Below, one piece after another: positions 35,325-44,165 of a DNA stretch of 64,000 nt. Below the pieces are notes generated by a model that had not been told where the DNA came from, ran no database searches, and saw only the letters and a program-made list of their open reading frames with translations. Source of the stretch: an uncultured Acidimicrobiaceae bacterium (lineage in GTDB: Bacteria; Actinomycetota; Acidimicrobiia; Acidimicrobiales; RAAP-2); contig CAVWJS010000012.1 of assembly GCA_963755495.1 (NCBI GenBank), positions 262,423 through 326,422 of the forward strand. Reading direction: 5' to 3'. Position numbers and translations under genes: made by a program. Every line of letters starts with the position of its first letter. Within the stretch, counting starts at the first letter, position 1.

Positions 35325-36131
35325 ATGACCTGGGTGCGGCCCCTGGTGATCGTTCCGACGTACAACGAGGCGGAGAACATCGAGCGCATCCTGTGCCGCA
35401 TCGCCGAGTCGCTGCCTGAGGCCGGAGTGCTGGTCGTCGACGACGGGAGCCCTGATGGGACAGGCGACCTCGTCAAGAGCGTGGCAGCCGAATTGCCCGA
35501 CGTGCATCTCATGGCGCGGGGCACCAAGGCCGGGCTCGGGAGCGCCTACCGGTCCGGGTTCGTCTGGGGCATCGACAGCGGCTACGACGTGTTGATCGAG
35601 ATGGACGCCGACTTCTCGCATGATCCCGCTGCGTTGCCAGCTTTGGTCAAGCCGCTGAGCGAGGGCTACGACGTGGCCATCGGCTCGCGCTATGTGAAGG
35701 GTGGCAACGTCCCCAACTGGGCCCGTCATCGTCATCTGCTTTCCCAGGGCGGCAACCGCTACGCCGATATCGTGCTCGGCCTCCGGGTGTCCGATTCGAC
35801 CGCAGGCTTCCGGGCGTACACGGCCGACATCATCCGCAAGCTCGATCTCGCGGACATACGGGCTGAGGGCTACGGCTTCCAGATCGAGATGACCTACCGG
35901 GCCAAGCAGCAAGGGGCTCGCATCAAAGAGGTTCCGATCACGTTCGTCGACCGGGTGGCCGGCGAGTCGAAGATGTCATCTCGCATCGTGTTCGAAGCCC
36001 TGGCCCTCGTCACATGGTGGGGACTGGGCCGCGCCACTCGTGGCATCCGGCGCCCGACCTCGCCGTCGTACCGCCGGCCCATCGATCCCGTCCCGCCCAC
36101 AACGTCGGTCTCGAAGTCCCCCTTCGCATAG
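35325..36131 (+). CDS. ppm1: polyprenol monophosphomannose synthase (GT2, Ppm1/DPM1-like)
   Basis: ORF 35325..36131. GT2 motifs are VIVPTYNEAENI, VVDDGSPDGT, EMDADFSHDP and GSRY; ...GFQIEM... is also present. Confidence 0.88.
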   Translation: MTWVRPLVIVPTYNEAENIERILCRIAESLPEAGVLVVDDGSPDGTGDLVKSVAAELPDVHLMARGTKAGLGSAYRSGFVWGIDSGYDVLIEMDADFSHDPAALPALVKPLSEGYDVAIGSRYVKGGNVPNWARHRHLLSQGGNRYADIVLGLRVSDSTAGFRAYTADIIRKLDLADIRAEGYGFQIEMTYRAKQQGARIKEVPITFVDRVAGESKMSSRIVFEALALVTWWGLGRATRGIRRPTSPSYRRPIDPVPPTTSVSKSPFA

Positions 36132-36139
36132 AGAGAACC

Positions 36140-36847
36140 ATGGCCACCACCGAACTGCCGCTGCCCCGCATTCTCGTCGTCGACGACGAGCCCAACATCG
36201 CCGAGCTGCTGTCGGTGGCGTTGCGCTTCGAGGGGTACGACGTGCAGTCGGCCGCCACCGGGGTCGAGGCGCTCGACCTGGCCCGGACCTACCGTCCACA
36301 TCTCGTCATGCTCGACGTGATGCTGCCTGATCTCGACGGCAACGAGGTGGGTCGCCGCCTGCGGCTTCAGGGCGATCAGGTGCCGATCGTCTTCCTGACC
36401 GCCCGCGACGCGGTGCAGGACAAGGTCGAAGGCCTGGCCCTCGGGGACGACTACGTCACCAAGCCGTTCAGCGTCGAGGAACTGATGGCCCGGGTGGCCG
36501 CAATCCTCCGCCGTGCCGGGGAGGTCGAGGCGGCTGACGCGTCCATTCTCCGTTTTGCCGACCTGACGATGCACATCGATACGCATGAGGTCTGGCGACA
36601 AGATCAACCGATCGACCTCACCGCCACGGAGTTCAACCTGTTGCGACACCTGCTCGAGAACCCCCGCCGCGTCATCTCCAAGTCTGAGCTCATCGACAAC
36701 GTGTGGGGCTACGGTTTCGGCGGCGACCCGAATATCGTCGAGACGTACATCAGCTACCTGCGGAAGAAGATCGACGTGGTCGAGCCTGCGCTCATCCACA
36801 CCATCCGACGAGTGGGGTACACCCTCCGGCTGCCTAAAGAGACGTGA
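36140..36847 (+). CDS. OmpR/PhoB-family response regulator
   Basis: This is the tail of ORF 36014..36847, from ATG 36140. It reads MATTELPLPRILVVDDEPNIAELL...MLDVMLPDLDG...LTARD...GDDYVTKPF. The winged helix shows LTATEFNLLRHLL...IRRVGYTL. Confidence 0.9.
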   Translation: MATTELPLPRILVVDDEPNIAELLSVALRFEGYDVQSAATGVEALDLARTYRPHLVMLDVMLPDLDGNEVGRRLRLQGDQVPIVFLTARDAVQDKVEGLALGDDYVTKPFSVEELMARVAAILRRAGEVEAADASILRFADLTMHIDTHEVWRQDQPIDLTATEFNLLRHLLENPRRVISKSELIDNVWGYGFGGDPNIVETYISYLRKKIDVVEPALIHTIRRVGYTLRLPKET

Positions 36848-38352
36848 CGTTGCAGCGGCGGCTGGTCGCCGTCATGTCGATTCTGTTGGTGGCCGGGTTG
36901 CTCGTCGCCGATATCGTCACCTACGTCTCGGTGCGTTCGTTCCTCTACGGCCGGGCCGACGAGACGTTGACCTCCTCGGAGGGACTGGCCTTCAACTACG
37001 TGGCCTTCGCCACCCTGCACAAGTCGGTGCTGTCGGCCGCCGACCTGTCCCGCCATGTCTCGCCCGATGTCTACGTGCTCATCATCAACAAGCACGGCAA
37101 GGTGGTCGTCAGCCGCCCCTCGGGCTCGCCGGCGCGCCCCAACCCGCAGCCACTGGTATCGGGTGCGGTTCCCGTTCAGTTGGTGCCCTCGATCACCTCG
37201 CACTCGTTCGGCCGTTATGCCGGCACGTTCCGCCCCGACCCCAATGCCGTGATCGTCGGGAGCAAGAAGGATCCCGATGGGGAGTATCGAGCGGTGGCCG
37301 TCGCCGTGCCCCAGGGCACCATGTTCGTGGCCCTGTCCCTCAACCCGACCAATGACACGCTCAGCTCGCTGCGCCGGGTGGAGATCGTGGCCAGCCTTGC
37401 CGTCCTGCTGATCATGGGCTTCCTGGCATTGTGGCTGGTGCGCCGCGATTTACGCCCCTTGCGCGAGATGGCGCAAACTGCTGATGCCATCGCTTCGGGC
37501 GATCTCGGCCGGCGGGTGCCGCAGGATACGCCCACGACCGAGGTCGGTCGCCTCGGGACGGCGCTGAACGAGATGCTGACGCAGATCGAGTCCGCCTTCG
37601 CCGAGAAGTCAGCCTCCGAGGAGCGGTTGCGCCAGTTCGTGGCCGATGCCTCGCACGAGCTACGAACCCCCCTCACCACCATCCGCGGCTACGCCGAACT
37701 GCTCCGCCGGGGCGGGTTCTCCGATGAAGCCGGCAACCGCAAGGCGCTGCAACGGGTCGAGGAGGAGGCGATCCGCATGGGCGGCCTGGTCGAGGATCTC
37801 CTCTTGCTGGCCGAACTCGATCGTGGCCGACCTTTGTTGGCCGAACCGGTCGGTCTGCACCGCATCTGCGCCGAAGTGGTCGACGACAGCAATGCCTTCG
37901 ACCACGGGCACACGCTGACGATGGCCCCCGGGAAAGAGGTCATGGTCCTGGGCGACGCCGAGCGGCTGACCCAGGTCGCCCACAACCTGGTGCGAAACGC
38001 GCTGACCCATACGCCGGCGGGCTCGAGCGTCCGCGTCTCGGTGCGAGCCGAAGCCGGCATGGGGGTGCTCCGGGTCATCGACAACGGTCCAGGCTTGGAC
38101 ACGGCCGCGGCCGCGCGCGTGTTCGATCGCTTCTACCGGGGTGATCCGGGCCGGTCAGGCCCTGGCACCGGGTTGGGGCTGGCCATCGTGCGGGCCATCG
38201 CGGTCGCCCTGGGGGGCACGGCCGAGGTGGAGAGCCCGGGCCGCGCCGGCGCGACGGTCCTGGTGCGTATCCCCCTCGCTCTCGGAGCGGCCATCAGCGC
38301 AGATGCGCCGAGCCTCCCGGCACCAGAGACTCGAGCACCGACGACAACTTGA
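36844..38352 (+). CDS. sensor histidine kinase (2 TM, HAMP, HisKA, HATPase_c)
   Basis: ORF 36844..38352. Its GTGA start overlaps the regulator stop. It has the H-box SHELRTPLTTIRGYAELL, LVRNALTHTP, DNGPGL and GTGLGLAIV. Confidence 0.9.
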   Translation: MTLQRRLVAVMSILLVAGLLVADIVTYVSVRSFLYGRADETLTSSEGLAFNYVAFATLHKSVLSAADLSRHVSPDVYVLIINKHGKVVVSRPSGSPARPNPQPLVSGAVPVQLVPSITSHSFGRYAGTFRPDPNAVIVGSKKDPDGEYRAVAVAVPQGTMFVALSLNPTNDTLSSLRRVEIVASLAVLLIMGFLALWLVRRDLRPLREMAQTADAIASGDLGRRVPQDTPTTEVGRLGTALNEMLTQIESAFAEKSASEERLRQFVADASHELRTPLTTIRGYAELLRRGGFSDEAGNRKALQRVEEEAIRMGGLVEDLLLLAELDRGRPLLAEPVGLHRICAEVVDDSNAFDHGHTLTMAPGKEVMVLGDAERLTQVAHNLVRNALTHTPAGSSVRVSVRAEAGMGVLRVIDNGPGLDTAAAARVFDRFYRGDPGRSGPGTGLGLAIVRAIAVALGGTAEVESPGRAGATVLVRIPLALGAAISADAPSLPAPETRAPTTT

Positions 38353-39631
38353 CATCGGTCTCGGCTGCTTCGGCCTCTGGGTCGGAGCTGGCGACCACGC
38401 CCGCGCCCGCACGAAGGGTCAGGGTGCGCTCGTCGGCGTGGAGGAGCGCGCTGCGGATGCCGATCATCCATTCGCCATTGCCTTCCCCGTCGACCCAGCC
38501 CACCGGCCCCGCCCATTGCCCGCGCGGGCGCGACTCACCTTCGGCGATAATTCCCAGTGCCACCGACTGGGGCGTGCCGCCCACCGCCGGGGTCGGATGC
38601 AGGCGCTCGAGTAGGGCGAGGACCGTCGCCGGTGGTTGGCGCAGCCGGCCTTCGATGCGCGTGCCCAAATGGGCCAGGGCGCGGAAGGCCACGAGCGAGG
38701 GCTCGTCCGGCACCGTGAGGTCTTCGCACCACGGGCGCAGTACGGCGGCGATGTCGTCCACCACGAAGCGGTGCTCGGACCGGTCCTTGCCCGATGTTGC
38801 CAGACGCCCCTGGGCATCGGCGTCCGAGCGAGCCGTCTCGCCGCGAGGAATCGTCCCGGCCAACGGGTGACACCAGATCCTCCCCCCGTTGCGGGCGATG
38901 AGCAGTTCGGGCGAGGCGCCGAAGAAGGTGCCGTCAGGGACCGGGAAGAAGAAGATGGTGCAGGCCGGCTCATGGGCGCGCAGCCGGCGCAGGACGGCGG
39001 CCACGGGCAGGGGCCCGCTGAGCTTGGCCGTAATGCTGCGGGAGAGAACGACCTTTTCGGCCGTGGTCTGGCCCGCTCGCATCGTGTCCACTACGCGGGC
39101 CACCAGGTCCCGGTAGCCCTGCCGCGACATGTCGGGAGTCAGGGCCGTGACACACACATCCTCCGACGGTCCCGTCACTGCGCCGTACTGCCAGATCACC
39201 GAGTCGAAGAGCTCGTCCGTCTCGGGGAGGGGTAGCTCCGTCGGCCCGACGGCGGTGGCCCAGCGATGCGTCGTGCCGTCGGGGTCGACCGCAATGCCCA
39301 TGGTGAAGCGGGGGACGATCAGATGGCCCGAGAACGTGTGGAGAAAAGGCAGGGCCCCTAGCGCCACCACACCCGAGCCCGGTCGCCGCACCTGATCGTC
39401 ACACGGGATAGCGGAGAGCACCTCGGCCGCCTCGCGCGCCTTCACCAGCACCGCCGTTCCCCAGCCAACGAGCGTCAGTCCGGGACGGTCGAAGAGCACG
39501 GTCGGGCTGGCGTCGAACTGCAGTGCATCGGGGCCGTACTCGAGCGGGACGGTGCGGGCATGGAGGGATTCGGTTCCTGGTCCTGTCGCTCCCCCGGGCC
39601 CTGGCCCTGTCGCTCTCCCTGTCGCAGTCAC
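38294..39631 (-). CDS. menF: isochorismate synthase (MenF type)
   Basis: ORF 38294..39631 has a chorismate-binding fold: FGASPELLI, HPLAGTIPRG, SGKDRSEHRFVVD, HPTPAVGGTP, and GWVDGEGNGEWMIGIRSA. It is coupled to the upstream methyltransferase gene by a GTGA overlap. Confidence 0.85.
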   Translation of the reverse strand: MTATGRATGPGPGGATGPGTESLHARTVPLEYGPDALQFDASPTVLFDRPGLTLVGWGTAVLVKAREAAEVLSAIPCDDQVRRPGSGVVALGALPFLHTFSGHLIVPRFTMGIAVDPDGTTHRWATAVGPTELPLPETDELFDSVIWQYGAVTGPSEDVCVTALTPDMSRQGYRDLVARVVDTMRAGQTTAEKVVLSRSITAKLSGPLPVAAVLRRLRAHEPACTIFFFPVPDGTFFGASPELLIARNGGRIWCHPLAGTIPRGETARSDADAQGRLATSGKDRSEHRFVVDDIAAVLRPWCEDLTVPDEPSLVAFRALAHLGTRIEGRLRQPPATVLALLERLHPTPAVGGTPQSVALGIIAEGESRPRGQWAGPVGWVDGEGNGEWMIGIRSALLHADERTLTLRAGAGVVASSDPEAEAAETDVKLSSVLESLVPGGSAHLR

Positions 39632-40326
39632 GGGGCGGCGTACCCGACTTTGGTGGCGTAGACGAGCTGGCTGAGGCCTCCTGCCAGAGGGCGAATCCCG
39701 ACACCGGAGTAGCCGGCGTCACGCACCATGCGACGAAGGACGGGCGTGGAGGGCAGGTAGGCCACCGATCGCGGGAGGTAGTCGTAGGCCTCGCGGTCCG
39801 ACAGCGCGGCGCCGAGGCGCGGCACCACCTTCTTGAACCAGATGTCGTAGCCGGTGCGCAGCACGGTGGAACGGGGCGCATCGACCTCGAGGATGGCGAC
39901 GCGCCCTCCGGGGCGCAAGACCCGCGCCGTCTCGGCCAGGGCGCCGGCGAGGTCGGTGAAGTTACGCAGCGCGTACCCGCACACGAGCCCGTCGAATGTG
40001 TCGTCGGCGAAGGGTAGTTGGCTGCAGTCTGTCTGCAGGAGGGGAGCGCCGCTGCGGTTGGCCGCCAGCATCCCACCACTGAGATCGGCGCCGATCACCC
40101 GGTAATGACGACGTTGGGCCAACCGGGTGAGATCGCCCGTGCCGCACGCCACGTCGAGCACGAGCGAGCCTGGTGGCAAGGCGAGCGCGGCGACGGTGGC
40201 ACGACGCCAACCCTGATCGAGTCCGAAGGTCATGAGCCGATTGACGAGGTCGTAGCGGGGCGCGATGGCGTCGAACATCGAGCGGACGCGGGCCGTCTTC
40301 TCCTCGCCTTGGGGGAGCTCCGACAC
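39628..40326 (-). CDS. ubiE: demethylmenaquinone methyltransferase (UbiE/MenG family)
   Basis: ORF 39628..40326. It shows VRSMFDAIAPRYDLVNRLMTFGLDQGWRR and the SAM motif VLDVACGTGDL. Confidence 0.88.
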   Translation of the reverse strand: MSELPQGEEKTARVRSMFDAIAPRYDLVNRLMTFGLDQGWRRATVAALALPPGSLVLDVACGTGDLTRLAQRRHYRVIGADLSGGMLAANRSGAPLLQTDCSQLPFADDTFDGLVCGYALRNFTDLAGALAETARVLRPGGRVAILEVDAPRSTVLRTGYDIWFKKVVPRLGAALSDREAYDYLPRSVAYLPSTPVLRRMVRDAGYSGVGIRPLAGGLSQLVYATKVGYAAP

Positions 40327-40782
40327 TCAGCGGTAGTAGCGGTAGACCACTTGGGCCACGCACGCCGGCTTGGCCGCGTCCCGCACCTCGAACACCAGGT
40401 CGTACGTCACTTGCACGCCGCCTTCGACATCTTCTGCACTCGCGACGCTGACACCCATGCGCAATTCGGAGCCGACGAGCACCGGCGAGGGGAAGCGAAT
40501 CCTGTTGGCTCCGTAGTTGACGCCGAACTTCACGTTGTGCACCTGCAGCAGGTTGTTGAGGAGAACGGGCGCGAGTGACAGAGTCAGGTAACCGTGCGCA
40601 ATGGTCCCTCCGAAGGGACCCGCCTTGCCTTGTTCGGGATCGACGTGGATCCACTGATGGTCGTCCGTGGCGTCGGCGAAGAGATTGACCCGTTCCTGAC
40701 TGATGGTCTGCCAGTCGGTGAAACCGATCTGCTTCCCGACGAGGTCGTGCAACCCCCCGAGGCCGTCGACAATTGTGGTCAC
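40327..40782 (-). CDS. MaoC family (R)-hydratase-like dehydratase
   Basis: ORF 40327..40782. The hot-dog fold motif is FADATDDHQWIHVDPEQGKAGPFGGTIAHGYLTLSL. It abuts the ubiE start. Confidence 0.85.
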   Translation of the reverse strand: MTTIVDGLGGLHDLVGKQIGFTDWQTISQERVNLFADATDDHQWIHVDPEQGKAGPFGGTIAHGYLTLSLAPVLLNNLLQVHNVKFGVNYGANRIRFPSPVLVGSELRMGVSVASAEDVEGGVQVTYDLVFEVRDAAKPACVAQVVYRYYR

Positions 40783-40830
40783 CCACCTACCCTACCCATC
40801 GGGTGCCGGACACTCACTACGCTGTACGAA

Positions 40831-41538
40831 GTGGTCGATCAGCCGCAGTTCCACCAGCATCGTGATGTACGTGGTGGTGGGGCGAGGGCGGCCGTGTTCG
40901 GACTGAGCGACGGCCTCGTGACGAACATCTCTCTCGTGCTCGGGGTCGCCGGGGCTAGCCCGGGGGGTCAGATCGTTCGCCTGGTCGGGGTGGCCGGCCT
41001 GGTCGCCGGTGCCTTCTCGATGGGGGCGGGGGAGTATCTGTCCATGGCGGCCCAGCGTGAGCTGATGCAACGTGAGCTCGATGTGGAACGCGAGTCCCTC
41101 ACCCAAAGCCCCGAAGGCGAAGCGGCGGAACTGCGAGGCATGTACGAGGACAGAGGCATTGCCCCCGAGGTGGCGCGTGACATGGTGCATGAGGTGATGG
41201 CGGACCCCGAGTTGGCGCTCGAGACGCACGCACGGGAGGAGCTTGGCATCAATCCCAAGCACCTTGGCTCCCCGGTGCAAGCGGCATTGTCGTCGTTCTT
41301 CTCCTTCGCCCTCGGCGCGTTCATCCCTCTCCTGCCGTGGCTGATCACACGCGGCAATGGGGCAATCGTCGGCTCAGTCATCCTCAGCGTGGTGGCAGCG
41401 CTGACGGTGGGGGTTGTTTTGGCCACCTTCACCAAACGGTCTCGGGCTGAGTCTGCGCTGCGCCAATTGCTGGTGACGGCCGTCGCGGCCGCCGTCACCT
41501 ACGGGATCGGGCGAGCGATCGGCACCGGCATCAGCTGA
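40831..41538 (+). CDS. VIT1/CCC1 family iron/manganese transporter-like protein
   Basis: This is the tail of ORF 40594..41538, from GTG 40831. It shows AAVFGLSDGLVTNISLVLGVAG and FSMGAGEYLS, a central helical ferritin-like linker, and C-terminal TM segments. Confidence 0.8.
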   Translation: MVDQPQFHQHRDVRGGGARAAVFGLSDGLVTNISLVLGVAGASPGGQIVRLVGVAGLVAGAFSMGAGEYLSMAAQRELMQRELDVERESLTQSPEGEAAELRGMYEDRGIAPEVARDMVHEVMADPELALETHAREELGINPKHLGSPVQAALSSFFSFALGAFIPLLPWLITRGNGAIVGSVILSVVAALTVGVVLATFTKRSRAESALRQLLVTAVAAAVTYGIGRAIGTGIS

Positions 41539-42451
41539 TCACGTACGACCGGTCCACGTGATCGATAGTGAAACCGATTGTGGTGTAGAGCTTTACGGCT
41601 GCCGTGTTGGAGGCCGTGGTGTAGAGCATGCCGACGGTGATCCCCTTGGCCGCGATCCACTGCAAGCCAGCGACTGTCAACGCCCTCCCCCACCCTGCGC
41701 CGTGGTGCTTCGGATCCACCGAGATGACATAGATCTCGCCCATTGCCGGCGTTGTGTCGAGGTGCAATTTGTTCCAGCACGATCCGATCATCCCCGTGCC
41801 GTCCTCGTGGTCGGCCATGAGGAGAGCCTCAGGATCGAACCAGTCGGCGGAGGTCCGTTCGTGGAGATCCTCGAGGCTCCACCCGCCCTGCTCTGGATGG
41901 CCGGCGAAGGCCTCGTTATTGATGGCGAGCCACGCTTCGTCGTCACGGCCGGGCACGAACGGGCGTGTCACCACGGGACGAGTGCCGGCCAAGATCTCTG
42001 GGGGAAGGGGGAGTCGGACCCGCATCTGCAAAAGATCTCGTTCCGGGCTGAAACCGAGTTGTGCCGCATCGGCGTCGTCGCGATCGGTGGCCTGCATGAG
42101 CCACAGGCGTACGGTCCTCGTCTCGTGCCCGTCTGCTCGCGCTTGTGCCAGTCCGGTCCGAATGAGCAACGTCTGGAGGTCCCCCCGTGACCGATGGAGC
42201 GGATCGACCGCGACGTGAAGGGCAGTCGCGCCATCGGTGGCCGGAGTGACGAGGGCGCACCCCAACAGCGCATCGCCTTCGTAGGCCAGGACGGCGCGAG
42301 CCCCCTCTGCCCCTAAATCCTTGCGTGCGGCGGCGACACGTTGTGGCTCGGCCAGTGCGGGATGGCGGTCGACCTCTTCGCAACGACGCAAAAGGGCCGA
42401 AAGATCCGAGAGTTGCGCGTCATCGAGCGCGCGCAGGACCAGGACGTTCAT
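41531..42451 (-). CDS. mshD: mycothiol synthase (MshD, tandem GNAT acetyltransferase)
   Basis: ORF 41531..42451 (306 aa). It has two GNAT-like halves. The second shows ...GEIYVISVDPKHHGAGWGRALTVAGL...LYTTASNTAAVKLYTTIGF. Length and layout match MshD. Confidence 0.78.
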   Translation of the reverse strand: MNVLVLRALDDAQLSDLSALLRRCEEVDRHPALAEPQRVAAARKDLGAEGARAVLAYEGDALLGCALVTPATDGATALHVAVDPLHRSRGDLQTLLIRTGLAQARADGHETRTVRLWLMQATDRDDADAAQLGFSPERDLLQMRVRLPLPPEILAGTRPVVTRPFVPGRDDEAWLAINNEAFAGHPEQGGWSLEDLHERTSADWFDPEALLMADHEDGTGMIGSCWNKLHLDTTPAMGEIYVISVDPKHHGAGWGRALTVAGLQWIAAKGITVGMLYTTASNTAAVKLYTTIGFTIDHVDRSYVIS

Positions 42452-42480
42452 CCGCGCACGTTAACCGGTACCGTAACGGA

Positions 42481-43131
42481 ATGGCACGTCCCAGGACACC
42501 GAAGGGGATGGCCCGCGTGGTAAGGGAGCGCCTGGCGGAGGAATACCCCGGCACCGCCAAGGACCTGTGCGCGCTCACTCACGACTCGCCGTTCCAGTTG
42601 CTGGCGGCGACAATTTTGTCCGCGCAGAGCACCGATGTACGCGTCAATATGGTCACCCCTGCTCTGTTTGCCGCCTACCCCGACCCTGCATCCCTCGCTC
42701 GGGCCAACCCGGACGAACTCGAAGAGATCATCCATTCAACCGGCTTCTTTCGTGCCAAGGCACGCAGTCTCATCGGGATGGCCACCGCACTCGAGGAGCG
42801 TTTCGGGGGAGAGGTCCCCACCGAGTTGGACGACCTTGTGACCGTGCCCGGCGTCGGGCGAAAGACCGGCAATGTGGTCCGAAGCGTCGCATTCGGCCTG
42901 CCCGGCCTCCCGGTCGACACCCATGTCCTGCGCCTCAGCAAGCGCCTGGGCCTGACCAGGCTCGAGGACCCGGTGAAGGTTGAGCATGAGCTCAATGCCC
43001 TCATTCCCGCGGCCGAACGCGGGGCATTCAGTCTCCGGTTGATCCTGCACGGCCGGGCCGTTTGTAGCGCACGTCGACCGGCATGTATCCGCTGCATGCT
43101 GGCCGATATCTGCCCTTCGTCGACTATCTAG
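42481..43131 (+). CDS. nth: endonuclease III
   Basis: This is the tail of ORF 42325..43131, from ATG 42481. It shows LLAATILSAQSTDVRVN, the HhH-GPD motif LVTVPGVGRKTGNVV, VDTHVLRLSKRLGL and the 4Fe-4S cluster motif C..RRPACIRCMLADIC. Confidence 0.9.
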   Translation: MARPRTPKGMARVVRERLAEEYPGTAKDLCALTHDSPFQLLAATILSAQSTDVRVNMVTPALFAAYPDPASLARANPDELEEIIHSTGFFRAKARSLIGMATALEERFGGEVPTELDDLVTVPGVGRKTGNVVRSVAFGLPGLPVDTHVLRLSKRLGLTRLEDPVKVEHELNALIPAAERGAFSLRLILHGRAVCSARRPACIRCMLADICPSSTI

Positions 43132-43172
43132 CCAGGGTGACACGTCAATTGGACAATCCTGGGTTTAGACTT

Positions 43173-43205
43173 GGAACCTGGAACCGGTTCCCGCCACCAG
43201 GTTCC
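43173..43205. promoter_or_regulatory. nested inverted repeats built from GGAACC/GGTTCC
   Basis: GGAACCTGG (43173-43181) pairs with CCAGGTTCC (43197-43205). The 12-bp perfect palindrome GGAACCGGTTCC (43180-43191) lies between them. The element sits in the nth-to-antitoxin gap. Confidence 0.3.
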
Positions 43206-43246
43206 GATCAGGGCCGTCGTTGGGATCCGCCTCCCGCACGACCCGT

Positions 43247-43280
43247 CCGATGCCGACCCTTCGGGGTCGGCATCGGTTTA
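43247..43280 (+). terminator. strong stem-loop, probable nth terminator
   Basis: A 13-bp perfect stem, CCGATGCCGACCC / GGGTCGGCATCGG, carries a TTCG tetraloop (43247-43276) and is followed by TTTAT. It lies 116 nt after the nth stop. The T-tract is short. Confidence 0.5.
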
Positions 43281-43301
43281 TGAGCAGCCCTTTTCGTCAT
43301 C

Positions 43302-43330
43302 GGTAGCACTGAAGGTGCTACCATTTTTTC
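43302..43330 (+). promoter_or_regulatory. palindrome plus TACCAT box abutting the antitoxin start (candidate operator and -10 of a leaderless transcript)
   Basis: GGTAGCAC-TGAAG-GTGCTACC (43302-43322) is followed by ATTTTTTC and then ATG 43331. TACCAT (43319-43324) fits TAnnnT and ends 6 nt before the A of the ATG. Confidence 0.3.
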
Positions 43331-43597
43331 ATGGTGACCAAGCGCTCGGTGTCGTTGGCCGACGAGGTGGCGACCGCGGTGGAAGAAGCGGCCAAGCAGG
43401 ATGGCGTCTCCTTCAGCGCCTGGTTGTCGAACGCCGCAGAAAAACAACTCCAGGTCCGCCAAGGCCTGCGCGGCGTGGCGGCATGGGAAGGCGAAACCGG
43501 CTCCCTCAGCGCCGAGGAGTTGGCCGCGGGTGAAGCACTCTTGGCCCGTCTTCGCTCCGGCGTCTCCGGCGTGGCTTCCCGGGTCCGGCGCCGTTGA
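43331..43597 (+). CDS. ribbon-helix-helix type II antitoxin (VapB/CopG-like)
   Basis: ORF 43331..43597 (88 aa). The N-terminus MVTKRSVSLADEVATAVEEAAKQDGVSFSAWLSNAAEKQL has the RHH strand-helix-helix pattern. Its stop overlaps the start of the next ORF. Confidence 0.65.
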   Translation: MVTKRSVSLADEVATAVEEAAKQDGVSFSAWLSNAAEKQLQVRQGLRGVAAWEGETGSLSAEELAAGEALLARLRSGVSGVASRVRRR

Positions 43598-43992
43598 GCC
43601 CGTCCCGTCGAGAAGGGCTTGTGTACGGGGTCGGTGCTTTGCACGCCGCCGCACGCGGGGATCGCATGATGTGGGCGCTGCACCGGGCGGCACTGTCGAA
43701 TGGGATCGTGCCGGTTATTCCGGCGGTGGCCGTGGCCGAGGGTTACCGGACCGAGGCGCGTGGGGACCGTATCGCCGAGTTACTCGATGGGACCGAGGTC
43801 GAGCCGTTCAGCAGTGACGCCGCCCGCCGCTCAGGGGAGTTAGCGGCTCGATGCGATACGACCGACCTCGCCGTCATCGCCGTGATCGAGCTAGCCGATC
43901 GACGCAACTGTGCCGTGGTGGCTCAGCGTCAAGCAGTCCTGCGCAATGCCGCGGCATTGCTCGGGCACGAGTTGGTTCTCTACGCGGTCTGA
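43594..43992 (+). CDS. PIN-like domain protein (VapC-type toxin with apparently degenerate acidic residues)
   Basis: ORF 43594..43992. TTG 43594 overlaps the antitoxin stop (TTGA). Size and layout are PIN-like: GLVYGVGAL..., ...VPVIPAVAVAEGYR..., VEPFSSDAARRSGEL..., DLAVIAVIELADRRNCAVVA.... The first and last conserved Asp positions appear substituted. Confidence 0.5.
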   Translation: MSPSRREGLVYGVGALHAAARGDRMMWALHRAALSNGIVPVIPAVAVAEGYRTEARGDRIAELLDGTEVEPFSSDAARRSGELAARCDTTDLAVIAVIELADRRNCAVVAQRQAVLRNAAALLGHELVLYAV

Positions 43993-44165
43993 GTGAAGCG
44001 GCCTAATCGCCGCAGCGCCCCCGCCAGCGAACGCTCGACGCCGAACAACTCACGAGCCATGTCCTCGTTGCCACTCGCCTGCGCAGATTCCGCCATGGTC
44101 GAGACGCGGTCGTGTAACTCCTTGAGCGTCGAGGAAAGCGAAGAAAGCTCGGCCGCTGATGTCAT
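43980..44165 (-). CDS. hypothetical small helical protein (61 aa), doubtful
   Basis: Lies in ORF 43980..44252, from ATG 44165. It reads MTSAAELSSLSSTLKELHDRVSTMAESAQASGNEDMARELFGVERSLAGALRRLGRF. I recognise no family, and the AGGAG abuts the ATG with no spacer. Confidence 0.3.
   Translation of the reverse strand: MTSAAELSSLSSTLKELHDRVSTMAESAQASGNEDMARELFGVERSLAGALRRLGRFTQTA

Noticed and set aside
38294-38352. A 59-nt convergent overlap between the 3' ends of the sensor kinase gene and menF.
   Set aside because: Both C-terminal tails are non-conserved extensions past the last family motifs. Such overlaps arise easily in high-GC DNA, and I see no specific signal of antisense regulation.
39576-39615. 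An imperfect 24-nt direct repeat (CCTGGTCCTGTCGCTCC / CCTGGCCCTGTCGCTC) at the 5' end of menF, encoding a repeated ATGPG motif.
   Set aside because: This is a minor low-complexity duplication in a non-conserved N-terminal tail with no functional implication that I can support.
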